From Eledone cirrhosa (taxonomy: Eukaryota): a DNA stretch of 64,000 nucleotides. Below are positions 49,131 through 61,962 of this stretch, piece by piece (the first letter of the stretch is position 1; every line of letters begins with the position of its first letter). The stretch spans positions 125,302,001-125,366,000 of the forward strand of contig OZ024740.1 of assembly GCA_964016885.1 (NCBI GenBank). The letters run 5' to 3'. A program made the position numbers and the translations under genes. The notes beneath the pieces were generated by a model that saw nothing but the letters and a program-made list of their open reading frames with translations, searched no databases and was not told the DNA's origin.

Positions 49131-50799
49131 AATAATGATAATGATGATTATTATAATTTTATTTTTTTTAAACTATATCAAAAGGTGCTTAGTTGACTAG
49201 AGTGTAATGACATTCAACTTGGTGCAAACTCCTTTCCAAACAAGATAAATAAATTGAAATATGTTTTCATATATGTGTCTGAAAAACAGATAGATATATA
49301 GACTAGATAAATTGATTTAGTATTGCTTCATGTTTACTGAATACTCAATCATCATCATCACCACCACCAACAACAACTCTTCTACCACCACTATCGTTTT
49401 CTATCTATTTTCCATGCTTGCATGAGTTAGACAAGTTATCATATTCTGAAGTTAGACAGATATTCAGACAACTATATCTTGCACACACATTCCCTTTTCG
49501 CAGAGTTTTATAGATGGATGCCCTTCTGAATGCCAACCACTTTATAGTGTGTACCATGTTCATTTTCTCATAATGCCATCACTTCCACCTGACAGGTTGG
49601 ACGCAGTGATTTTTTTCGTGTTGCCAGTACTACCACCTTACAGGGGAGTCATTCAAAACCACAATCAATTTTAGCTCCTGTAAATATATTTTAAAAGTCA
49701 GGTTATCACAATAAAGTATACACTATTGATATCACCTGAAGCAAAATCCAGAAAGTTGGCTGATTAGTAGAATGTGGCAATGGATGCATTATTAAAGAAC
49801 CTGGCAGTGTTAGTTAAAGTACTGTTTTAATCGATTTCTTTTTCATTTCCTTGCGGTGATTTGGTTTGGAATTGATTCAATTAACTTTGGCCTTTCGCCA
49901 CATCAAAAAATATGCTACCGCAAGCAACTTTCAAAATTAAATAATAATGATGCTGAACCAAAACATATATTACAAGGATCTTGGCCATTCTGTAGTAAAC
50001 TCACTTTACTAATATTGTTCACACTTTGCAGTTATGTGTATATTGTTTTAACTTCCATTTGGAACCATTGTTTGAAGAAATATTTCCATTCTCAATATAT
50101 TCGCAGAGATATGGCATTCAGTGACTTCTTGTAAAAGTGTTATCAAATATAAATTACTTTTTATGGTACTAACTCTTTCATTACTTTATTTCTAAAACAA
50201 AATTATACATTCCATGATTTGCAAATAATTTTGAAACTAATCAAGAATTTGAAGAATTTGATAATATAAATAACTCTCTCATTATTTAGCTGGTGTTTGG
50301 AATATAGCTTAACAAAGGTTCTTACATAGAACCATAGTCGGACGTTTTTAGATAACTATAAACACTTCAAATTAAGCAGTTTTGTCTCATGAAACCAGAG
50401 CTGGTTTCAGGCAGTTTGGTATCATGACAAATCAAAATATATATTACTAAAGATATTGGTCATTTTAGTAGTAAATTAATGATAGTAGCATAATTCAAAC
50501 TTCACAGTTACCTATATATTAGTTTAGCAAAAATATTATTTCATATGGACCATTATTTGAAAATATTTTTCTATTCTCTATGTATTCAAATGCATGTGGC
50601 ATTCAACAGCTTCTTTAATGTGACATTGCTATGCTTAATACCATATTTTTCAAATACATCTTATGGATCTGATTGAAATATATACAATTGTTTTGGTCAT
50701 ATTTTAAAATGCAATCTGGATTGAAGAAATGTACAATATTTGTATTCAATAATAACTTTTTCCCTAAGTTTGACAATCAACTTCACTCTCATATAAGCT

Positions 50800-51260
50800 T
50801 TAGTCTGCTCCTGGTTCAAGCAGAGAGAATGGAGAACACATTGCCCTGGATGATGGCCAGGGAGAAGCGCTGGTACAGCCACTCCAACTCAAGGGTACCC
50901 AACTCTGCCTTGGTCGCAGTGAATAAGGATGCATTCAAAGGGCCAAGAATGCCAGAAGTCTCCACAGATACAGGCTTGACCACAAACCTATTGAAGAGTG
51001 ACCGATACTTTGAAAGTTTGTCATCTTTGGCCTGGTGAGCAGGAAAACCTGGGCTAATCACTGCATTCCCCAGGTTACTACTAGAGTAGATGTTGCATCA
51101 ATTAACATCCCAGATGAGGGACCTGCCACCATAGAACAGAAAGATTATCATGGTGTTTTGCCTTTTACTCAAATGGTACTGGTTAAGCTGGAACAACAGA
51201 CTGTTCTAGGTCATGTTGCACTAGATGGCATCTCATTTGTTTGGGATTGAGACTGTAACG
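50800..51260 (-). mobile_element. Degenerate RLE-encoding (CRE-like) LINE 3' fragment
   Basis: GRSLIWDV...KLSKY...PVSVETSGILG...LYQRFSLAIIQGN. Confidence 0.8.
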
Positions 51261-53250
51261 TCTGTGGAGGGGTGAAGGGGTGGACGTCTGCAGAATGGAG
51301 GCCGAGCTGGTTCCATGTAATATAGGCTACCTCACATTCCCCAATCACAATAGGTTCAGAGCCCTTTGATGATGACACAGCAAGAGGTCGTTGAGGAAAG
51401 CCATGCAGGCAACTGAAACAATATGATGATGTACTATGAATTAGATGATGACAAAAGCAGGGTAAACATCAAATACTAATTGGGAAAATTAACTACACAT
51501 AAATTCTTTATGGTGCCACTATTATTAAGTTATCTTGGTTAATAAAAAACATAACATCATTCTTATGAAAATTCTGTCATGAATAATAGCATATGATAGA
51601 TTTTTAAATTCCTTTAGAAGGTGCATAGCCTAATGGTTAGGATTGTAATGTCATCATTTCGATTCCTAGACAGGAGGCTACTGTGATATGGTATTCTAAG
51701 ATATAAAAGCAGATTTCAATTTATTTAGCTTTGCAGGCCGATATAGCATTCACATATCATAGATCCCATTCAGTAACTACACAGGAAATTATAGAAAAAA
51801 ACTTTAAACATTTACTTCAACATGTTTATTTAATGTTTGTTATTCAATTTCAAAACAAATTCAACTGTCTTTGAAATATTTACTATATTTGTGAATGTCT
51901 GTGGGTAAGAAGTTCACTTTGCAACCAAGTGGTTTTTTTAGTTCCATCCCACTTAATGGCACCTTGAGCAAATGTCATCTACCATAGCCATGAGCTGATC
52001 AATACTTTGTGAATAAAATTAATTTGGAAGCTGCTTGTGTGTGTGTAAATGTGCTTCTCATTTGTCGTTTTTTGCACAGTTTGTGCAGATCACCGAACTA
52101 CATTACTTAAAACCAAGTATCAGTATATGGCAGTAGAACTTTGCCTTAAAATGTCTCATTGAATCTCTGCCACCATGGAAAAACAGATGAAATACAAGGA
52201 TAATGATGATGCTTCTTTAATTGAATATTGAACATAATTTCTCAATGACAACTGTTTAAAAGTTGAGATATGCATGTTGGTATCAGGCTCTTGAACATTT
52301 TAACACAGAAATACTAGAAGTGCTAATGAATAACTAAATATATAAACGAAAATGAAAGAATTTTAAAAAAGTACATTAGTAAAGAAAAATAAGTGGTTGA
52401 TATGAATTCCAAAAGCAAACTGAGAAGAACATAGAGAGAAGATATTTGGAAACAAAGAATATAATAATATCACAGTAACTTTGAATGCATCTATTTCTCT
52501 GAAAGCAAAATATCAGCTGGCTTAGAGAAAATATTTTCTTGTTAAGATATTGAAAGAGTGAAAATACAAAAGAAATTAAAAATGCGCTATTTACAGATGA
52601 AATATGAAATATACGATTAAATAATCTTTTATTTGTGCCACTGTACAAACTTGAAGTATATGTTAGTGATACAAGATAATTCAAAGCATTTTGAATATCT
52701 TGTAATTCATTATTTAGTATCTCACTCATTGCCATATGCTGAAATCTCCCATTATGGAAAAGATTCCAAGAGCAGTGATATCTTTAATAAAATATGTACT
52801 TCATAGAGAAAATGTACTGCTTTTAAAAGTATATTCTTTGATAAAGTAAATATTTTGTTATTCCTGATTCAAGGAGGTAAAATAGAATTTTTCCTTATTC
52901 TTCTTCTTGTAACATTGTATTGAATTTTCTAATGTCCAATGTCAAAGAAAGAGCTGATAAAAAAATGACAAGCATTTTTTAAAAACAGAAATTTAAAAAA
53001 TCATGTCTGTTAGAAGTCTGTAATTGAAATATAAGAAGATAGAAGACTGTTAATTTATTAGTTTATATTCTACACCCTTTCCAATCTAATACATATAGCC
53101 ATATAACAATTTGGTGCCACTTTTAATCTTATTTGTTTGTTTGATTGTTTGCTTCAATATCCATTCAAATATCTCAAAATACCAAAGCTTAGAAGTACTG
53201 ACATTCTTTTTATGTTTATGCTAATGTAAGTATATCTATCTATCTATCTC

Positions 53251-56008
53251 GTTAGTTTTTAGTAAAGAATTAGCGTCAGATAGAAATAGGACCGAGAAGG
53301 AACTGGTAGATAAAGTAGAAGAGGCAATTAGAAGTGGCAATGTAGCCAGCGTGCTAGCAACGAGAACGGCCTTGGACCAGTTCTTCGGTGCAAAGCACGA
53401 GGGCTGCGTTGTCAGAAGGAAAATACGAGGGAGCCAAAGTTAACTGGGCCCGGGTGACGGACACGAAAAGTGGCAACAAGTCCACCATTCGGTCTTTGAA
53501 GAACCAAGACGGACGCGTGATACGTGAGCCGAAGCGGATGTGCGTGGCCATTCAGCGGAACTTTGTTCAGGTAGGGAGGCGCGCCGGGAGGGGCTATGGA
53601 TTTTGGTCCATGCCTCGACAGCCTACAGCGACTCTCAGACAGTGAGGCGAAGTTCTGCGAAAAGCCGATTTCAGTCGCTGAGATAGGGGACGCGCTGAGC
53701 CAATGCGGCAAACGCAAATCTCCAGGTCTCGACGGTCTACACTACGAATCTTATGTAGCAATGCCGGACTTGTTCTCCGGTCTCCTGGAAGCGGTCTACT
53801 GCAACTGGTAGTAGAACGGGAGAATTCCCAGTTCTGTGCCCAGGGGCGTAGTCACGCTGGTCAGGAAGGACGAGAATAAGGGGGATGACATAGGCAACTT
53901 CCGGCCCATAACTCTGCTAAACACAGAGTTACAGATTTTGGCCAATGTGTTGGCATAGAGGCTGGCGCTTGTCGTCGGGAACCTGGTGGGAGAAGCGCAG
54001 ACATGTGCAATCCCGACCAGGTCCATACACGACAACATCCACTTCATGCGATACATCGTAGAGAGGGTTGGGTGTAAACCCGGCTTCGGTGGGGCCCTGA
54101 TCAACTTGGATCAGTCTAAGGCTTTCGATAGGGTTGACCATCGTTACCTGGATGCGGTGCTCGAGGCGGCAGGCTTCGGACCCGTGTTCAGGGGCTGGAT
54201 GCTGCAATGCACAACAGCAACATCTGCTCAAGGGTCAAGGTTAACGGCTACCTCTCGGAGCCGTTCCATATCACGCGATCCATCCGACAGGGATGTCCTT
54301 CTCCTCCCCTCTGTACGTACTGACTCTCGAGCCACTACTGCGGAAGTTGGAGCTATTGCAGGGCATCCCTCTGGAACCGGGACTGCGGAAAGCGGCGTCG
54401 GCCTATTCCAACGACGTGACAGTAATGGTGTCGAGCACCTCGCAAATCGAGGAAGTCGGCACCCTACTGAAGGAATACGAAAGGTTCACAGGAGCGATGG
54501 TGAACCGGGACAAGTCCATCGGTTTGCAACTCGGATCGTGGAGAGGCAAACCGATGCCTTCCGATGGAGTCATCGGACGCTGGACGCAAGGACCGGTGAA
54601 GCTGCTCGGGGTTTGGTTTTGTCCGGATCTCCAGGTGGAAAAGAACTGGAACGAGGTGATGGCCAAGGTGTTTGCACTCACCCAGAAGTGGACCGAGTGC
54701 AAACTATCCTTGCAAGGTCGAGCGGAGGTGGCGAACACTTTTATAGCGTCCGTCATCTACTACCGCTTGACCGTCATGCCCTGTCCAGCCAAAACGCTCA
54801 CCAAAATGGAGCGCGGGCTCTTCTAATTCCTTTGGAAGAAGCGGGCTCCTTTGGTGAGAAGATCCATCTGCTACCAACACAATTCCAACGGAGGGCTGGG
54901 GATGCCGTGGCTAACGATGCACAAACACGCGCTCAGGTTGCAGCATCTCCACGTATTCCTCACCGTACAACCGGTGTGGGCCCCGTTTGTGAGGCGAGCC
55001 TTCCCACGACTCGTCTTGCTGACCGAGCTGTAGTCCAGAGTCAAGCAAAGACCGAGGAAAATGGGCGACTGGCACATCAAATGTGCTCAGGCGCTCACAG
55101 CTCTCTGGCAGGCGGACCCGGCGATCAGTGGAGACTACACTTCATCATTTTATAGAGGGTTGGTCCGCAGCAAGTGCGACAGTACGCTCGGAGAAACTCT
55201 AGGCGTAGAGGAAGACGAATTGGCCAGTCGGTAGGACCTTCTGCCTGGGACCGATGGACAACTTCCAAAAGTCCCTGGCCTGGCAGGGCTACCGAGGAGC
55301 TCTACCAGTTCGAGACAAGCTCTACACACACGGGCGTCCGGGCAGGGACCCTTCGAAAAAGATCTGTCCGAGATGAGTGCGAGATGAAGAAACCGTCGTG
55401 CATACATTCGTACACTACCCGGGCGTTACCGACCTGTGGGGCTATGTAGAACGACTATTGTCGCGGGTGGGACCAATCCGGTTTACCACCGAGTCCATTG
55501 TCATGATCAAACCGCCACCCTCCTTCAAAAACGAAGGAGAGGCGGTTTTCTCTTGTGTGATAGCTATGGCGAAAGAGGCTGTATGGTGGACGAGGTTAAA
55601 AGGGCTGAGGTCAAACACCTTTCTCTCCGGCCAACAACTGATTCTTTTTTTCGAATACCACTTTGGAAGAAGAATCAGGATGGAGAGAAAAGTGCCGTAC
55701 CCCAGCAAGTTTTATGAAAGGTGGGTGAAAGTGGCGAGAATGCCCCGAGAGAATGGGCCTTCTCTCTATATCAGTCTGTAGGTTGAGGAAAAAGAGGAAG
55801 AGAGGAAAGGGGTACTCACTCTTCCTATTCCTGGAGATGAGGGTTGTACATTTTTTCGGGGGTATGTGTTATCCATATGTAATGTCTCCCCCTATTGGGG
55901 AAAATCGATTAATTTTTAAATTACATTTGTGATAGTATTTTACACGTTTTTATTGTATGTAAACTTCCCCCTTTGTATTTGTCCCCTTCTTTTGCGCCCC
56001 TGTGGCTA

Positions 56009-56009
<1 letters not shown>
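53251..56009 (+). mobile_element. 5'-truncated Tx1-clade (L1 group) LINE; ORF2 pseudogene
   Basis: KSPGLDGL, FRPITLLN, LDQSKAFDRVDH, RQGCP, YSND (degenerate YADD), GGLGMP, and a C-terminal CxxC..ET..H knuckle. Several stops and frameshifts. (ATCT)n on both sides. Confidence 0.93.
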
Positions 56010-56080
<71 letters not shown>

Positions 56081-57001
56081 CCTCTGTAAGTAATTATTAT
56101 CTCAAGTACCAATCCTCTTCTGTATGGTCGTTCCACCTGCTAGAAACAATAGTCAATTGATGGGTATAATTTCCTTCAAATTACATGCATCCATTTAACA
56201 TGTTAAATTAAAAAAGGTTGTATTCGATAATCTAGTCCTTCATATATGAAAAAATGAGATAATATATATTAAAACGCAGCCAATCCACATTGTAAATGCA
56301 CTTGGCGTTAGAGAAGACATTCAGCCATAGAAACCAAGCCAGAAATAGTTCTGTATCAGCAAGACATGTTTATCTGATCTGACTTGTCTCACAATGGGAC
56401 AACTCATCTAAAACATATTAGCATGCAAACTGAATGTGAAACAGTTTTGATTATGTCGATGACATATATATATATTGCATAAACTAAGAGAACACAAGCT
56501 AGAAATCCATGTTTCTACTAGTTATTTTAATGATTATTATGCAAAGTAAGATGATGTCTTTTTGTATGTTTTGCTAGTTATAGTTTTAGCTCTGGAGGAA
56601 CTGAAGCTTATCTGGGGAAAGACATTTTCTGCATAAAAAGCAAAATAAACTTTAAATATTTTGCAGACAAATATGTATGTACATCACAGATATTGGTGAA
56701 AATTATATTTATATTATTCTCATTTGTCAATTTTTATTTTACATCAATTATTCCATGCTTGTACTAGTTGACTGGAGCTTATTGAAGATCCTAGCTTCAT
56801 GGGTGTTAAGTGACTAAGAGTGCAGTTCATCCAGGGCTGATATGCAATTGCCACTGGTACTCAGTATCAGTTGAGTAAATTTATGAGTGATGAGGGCTGC
56901 CGGCCCATGAATTAGGCCGGTAGCTACAATTACATACTCTTTTGGTCTGTGATGAGCCATCCAACTCTTGCTGTCAAGGAGAGCAGACATAAGATTATAA
57001 T

Positions 57002-57118
57002 TGTTTCTACTTTTGGCACAAGGTCAGCAATCACGCAGTACATTACTGGTACTTTATTTTATCGACCCGTAAGGATGAAAGGCAAAGTTAACCTCGGCGG
57101 GATTTGAACTCAGATCGT
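57002..57118 (-). mobile_element. SINE family A, 5'-truncated
   Basis: tgtttctacttttggcacaagg...ggatgaaaggcaaagttaacctcggcgggatttgaactcag. Confidence 0.9.
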
Positions 57119-57309
57119 ATAAATGCTAATAATGATGATTATGATGTTTATATATATATGTGTGTGTTTGTGTATGTATGTATGTATATATTCATATATA
57201 TATATCTATGTCATGTCATTCTTCAGCACCACTGGTAACGTGTAAACCATTACAACCTGTGCATGGTCAGGTTTTTGGCGGACATAAGATTATAATGATG
57301 ATAATATAT

Positions 57310-57661
57310 ATAGTTAAAGAATGAAGAGTAACATGGTTGGCTGTACAATAAGGGCTTTAGTTAAAGTACTGATAATTGTTTCATTGATCAGGTGAGTCTA
57401 GAGTTCGCTAATCGCTTGAAGTTGCGTCACTCGATCTCCAATACATTATCTACCGCTGGTCAACACATCAGATTACGTATATAAGTACTCTACGTACTTT
57501 GATGTGTTGACCAGAGGTAAATAATGTATTGGAGATCGAGTGATGCAACTTGAAGCGATCAGTGAACTCTAGACTCACCTGATCAACGAAACAATTGCCA
57601 GTACTTTAAATAAAGCCCCTTATTGTACAGCCAAACATGTTACTCTTCATTCTTTAACTAT
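57310..57661. repeat. ~170-bp-arm imperfect palindrome, probably PLE terminal sequence
   Basis: 57310-57479 is the reverse complement of ~57491-57661. Contains GAAACAATT(G/A). Related sequence at ~28905-28985. Confidence 0.9.
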
Positions 57662-57819
57662 TATTACTCCAAGTATAACCTGCATAGAATATACCGCAAA
57701 CTCGCTGCATAACTATGGAAGCATCTTGTTGAGTCAAACAAAGCCATACGTTAAAACTATCCACGACGCAGAGTACTCACAACCTCTAACTGGATTACCT
57801 ATAATGATAACTTGTTATC

Positions 57820-57935
<116 letters not shown>

Positions 57936-58281
57936 CACGTATACATGTATATTATATATGTATACTATACATATATATATGTTTGTATGTAAAAGGTAAA
58001 CAGAAAAAACAAATCAAACTGCACAGTACATGGAAGAAATATATTAGTTTAATGCTTGAAATAGCAGGAAGAGAGATTTAAAGGTTCAGACACTAGTCCA
58101 TCATCAGAGGATAAAAAGTAAAGAGTGATAAGAGGAAGGAACAAGGAAAACTGAGGACAAAAACACCTGCTGAAGGCCACTAATGCGATCTGCGGCTGGA
58201 GGAAGGCTCTAATAAATAAATAATTAAATATATATATGTAAGTATACCCACGTGCACATATACATATATACATATATTATT

Positions 58282-58314
<33 letters not shown>

Positions 58315-58373
58315 CACACACATATATACTTATACATATGTACACATGGGTTATATCGAACGTTAATAATAAT

Positions 58374-58444
58374 TGTTTCTACTTTAGGCACAAGGCCAGC
58401 AATTACCCAGTGCATGACTGGTACTTTATTTTATCGACCCCGTA
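58374..58444 (-). mobile_element. SINE family A, 5'-truncated, 19-bp TSD
   Basis: atcgaacgttaataataat at 58355-58373 and 58445-58463. Confidence 0.92.
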
Positions 58445-58914
58445 ATCGAACGTTAATAATAATGCTCAATTCATTGGTGAACAAATGGCTCGATTTGAAA
58501 ATGTGCCGTGTCGGTGACTGATTGTCACCTCTTTGTTCAACCCTAGCTTTGAAGAACAATCAACATGTTTCTGGGTCATTACCCTTCATCAGGACTGTAT
58601 ACTTCTGCCACTCTGTTGAACGGTGGAATATATATAGTATTTTCTTCAGTACACATCGGCTGAGTAGACTCATTTGCATACCAAGCAAGATTCAGCTGGC
58701 CTTGCAGAATATTAAAAATAAAATTAGAATTTTATTTCATGCCCTAACACAGCTGATACATAAATGTAAGTATGCACATGTACACACACACGCACACACA
58801 TATATATGTATATATAATATATATATATATATATATAACGAAGGAAATGTGGTAAGGAACCAGGTGGACCATAACGCACCAAAGTACTCAATACTTGAGG
58901 TAGTAGAGTGGGTA

Positions 58915-58995
58915 ATAGGAACCAGTAAGACCCCGACAGCTGAGCTCAAGCCGTTTCGAAACGGCTTGAGCTCAGCTGTCGGGGTCTTACTGGTT

Positions 58996-59000
<5 letters not shown>
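58915..59000. repeat. Perfect 86-bp palindrome
   Basis: ataggaaccagtaagaccccgacagctgagctcaagccgtttc|gaaacggc...ttcctat, no spacer. Confidence 0.97.
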
Positions 59001-59040
<40 letters not shown>

Positions 59041-59049
59041 TATAATAAT

Positions 59050-59237
59050 TGTTTCTACTTTTGGCACAAGGCCAGCAATTATCACAGTTTATTACTGGTA
59101 CTTTATTTTAGTGACCCCGTAAGGATGAAAGGCAACGTTAACCTCAGCAGGATTTGAACTCAGACCACAAAGGGCCGTAACTCTTTGCTGCAAGGCATGG
59201 CGTCAGACCCTCTACCGATACTGCCAATTCACCGCCC
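59050..59237 (-). mobile_element. SINE family A, full length
   Basis: Reverse complement starts gggcggtgaattggcagtatcggtagagggtc, as at 19150. Confidence 0.93.
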
Positions 59238-59279
<42 letters not shown>

Positions 59280-59439
59280 TAATAATAATAAATTCGAAGA
59301 CTAAAATCCAAAGAGGGATCGTTAAAGATAAATATATATCAAAAATATAAGAACCCTAGAGCATTTTAATAAATATATATATATATATATACATACACAC
59401 ACATATACATATATATATATTGTTATACTTGGGGAGGGT

Positions 59440-61500
59440 CATATTTGTGTAGTATTGCCAGAATTAATAACAGAACACACTCACTGTTTGGTTGGTTTTC
59501 GCTTTTCGCTCCTGTGTCTTTTATATCGGTTAATTTAATTTATTCGGTCCTCAATGTTGCCATTGACTGGCCAACGGTAAAAAATACAGATACAATATAG
59601 ACACAAACACATATATATAGTCTATCAAATTTCTTTCGTTGCACATCTGCAACATCGTCAGTGGTGCTATTGTTTCCTCCCGTTGCATTGTATGTCTACG
59701 CCATCTTTATTTAGTCTGTTTATATATTTATATATTTGTTTTTTTTGTCTTCTTTGCGCATGCGTTTGCGTGTGTGTATCGTGTTTTATTTGATGTGTGT
59801 TTGTGTTTGGGTGACTGTGTATTGGTTAATGTATTCTATCTTTACTAGTGTGTGTTTATATGTGTTTGTTGTTATTGTGCTTGTGTATGTATTTATTTAT
59901 TTATCTATTTATTTATTTATACTTCTCGTAGGTCAGTGTTGTTTGTTTGGGTGTTGTTGTTATTCCATTTATTTTTTCTGTTTAGCCTTGGCCTTCTAAG
60001 TTCTATTTCACTGGCCTCTCTGATTTGCCTATCTGCTGGGTCATTTCTATGTTTAGATATTATTCTAATTTCTATGTTGTCTATGTTACCGTCGTGTTGT
60101 TGTCTGGCATGTTCGTATAGTACGGAACCGTTTTTTCGTCCTTTTAGTCCCCCCCCCCCCCCCCCCCAGTGTTGGTCTATCCTTTCACCTATGCTACGAG
60201 CTGTCTCACCTATGTATATTGTTGTCATGTTTCTGCAAGTACCGTCTGTACATCTTATGCTATAGATTACGTTTCAAGTTTTACAGTTTATCCGGGGGTT
60301 TACTTTACATATGATACATTTCCTATTAGTACAGTGGGTTTTCTAAAAGGGTAGGTTTTGCTGATCAGGGATTTCATGGTGGTTCCTGGCTTTTCTACCA
60401 TCTTAATCTTTAAGTGGGTCTTTCTCAGGGCTTTTCTACACTGGTTAGCTAATTTCCCTCCAGGGGTAGCGTCCACAAACATGACACTCTGGTATCTCTG
60501 GTTGTCGTACCATGAGGTGGCTTTCTCTATCTTATGTTTAGCCCTATCTAAGCTATTCCATGATTTGCTCCTGTATAATGGGCAAATTCCTTTCATGTCC
60601 AGTTCTATGAGGGTCTTATACTTCTCCGTGGCTCATTGGTATACTCTGATTCTGTCTCTTTCATTGTAGCCAGAGAACTGCATGCGGTTGATGAAGTGTT
60701 TGTTGGATGTGTCTTTCCATTTCTGTTGGGTCGCACATGCGGGACACGTTCTTCATCACTCGTACCAAGTCTGCGATCAGAATATTAAACTTAGCACTAC
60801 TGGACATTGCTGAGTGTTTGAGTATCAGGTATTTGGAGGCCATGGGTTTAGCATAGTGTGAGTGGAGAATTTGGGCTGCCTCGTCTATATTGTTAATCCA
60901 GAGTTCCCTGTCTAATACAGGTAGTCTATTGTTAGGGTGTTTGGAGGGGTAGTCGATAGTTACAGTTATACTCTGGTGTATGGAATTAGCTATCTGCTGG
61001 ATGTTTCCATTGTGCTACGTTCTAAATCAAACTTGTTAGTACTCTCTTGTGGGGATGTTCTTATTACTATATTGATATCGTCTACGTAACGAGAGTACAT
61101 GATGAGGTCTATGGAGCTCTTATCAAGGAGATATTTAAGTCTCCTTTCCCACCATACCATAAAAAGGTTGGCAACGTCACCAGCTATGCTGACACCAATG
61201 GCTGCTCCCTCATTTTGCGTGTAGATCTTCTCGTTGAACTTGAATATGTGGCCCTTTAGGGTAGTTTTGATACTAGCCCCTATTGCATGTGCGACCATTT
61301 TTCTTACCTGATCATTGTTTTGCGGGGTCCGTATAGCTTTGGTCCACCCAATCCACCTTCCCATGGGAGTCTTTTTAGCCATTGAGGTTATGGTGGGGGG
61401 GGTCTACCTCTTATGGGTCTACTGGGGCAGAAACTCTAAGATCATGGCTGTCTAGGTAGTCAGTGTCGTAGGTAAGTCTAAGTAGGAGGCCCATATTTAG
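59440..61500 (-). mobile_element. Penelope-like element of a different family, frameshifted and 5'-truncated
   Basis: FKFNEKIYTQNEGAAIGVSIAGDVANLFM, YSRYVDD, LPVLD..LW, SVMFVDATPGG, IYIGETARSIGERIDQH..RQIREA. Multiple frameshifts. The 3' non-coding boundary is approximate. Confidence 0.9.
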
Positions 61501-61544
61501 TCTTATGTGTATATATATAAATATGTTTGGTAGTTCCAATAATA

Positions 61545-61616
61545 AGTCTTCCCCATATGAAACCATGTTAGGGAGATCTATAGATCTCCCTAACATGGTT
61601 TCATATGGGGAAGACT
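61545..61616. repeat. Perfect 72-bp palindrome
   Basis: agtcttccccatatgaaaccatgttagggagatcta|tagatctccc...aagact. Confidence 0.97.
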
Positions 61617-61741
61617 ATAAAAGTGAAGTTAGATAGAAACAATATTTTTCTCATTTAATTTTAATATATAATATTGCTTCTCTGAGGGGCTGCTTTCATT
61701 GAGATGATTGGGTTTAGTGACTAATTAGTATTAGTAACCTT

Positions 61742-61789
<48 letters not shown>

Positions 61790-61909
61790 GTGTGTGTGTG
61801 TTAATAAATGCTCGGATTTATTACTTGTAATCCTTGAGCTTATTCCACAGGTGATATGGTGCATGCTTCTAATATTCTCAGACATAGAATCATTAATTTA
61901 ATTCTGGTA

Positions 61910-61962
<53 letters not shown>

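Noticed and set aside
53986-55155. 389-aa ORF as an intact gene
   Set aside because: Only the first ~70 aa are in the RT frame. The rest is out-of-frame read-through after a frameshift in GC-rich Tx1 sequence.
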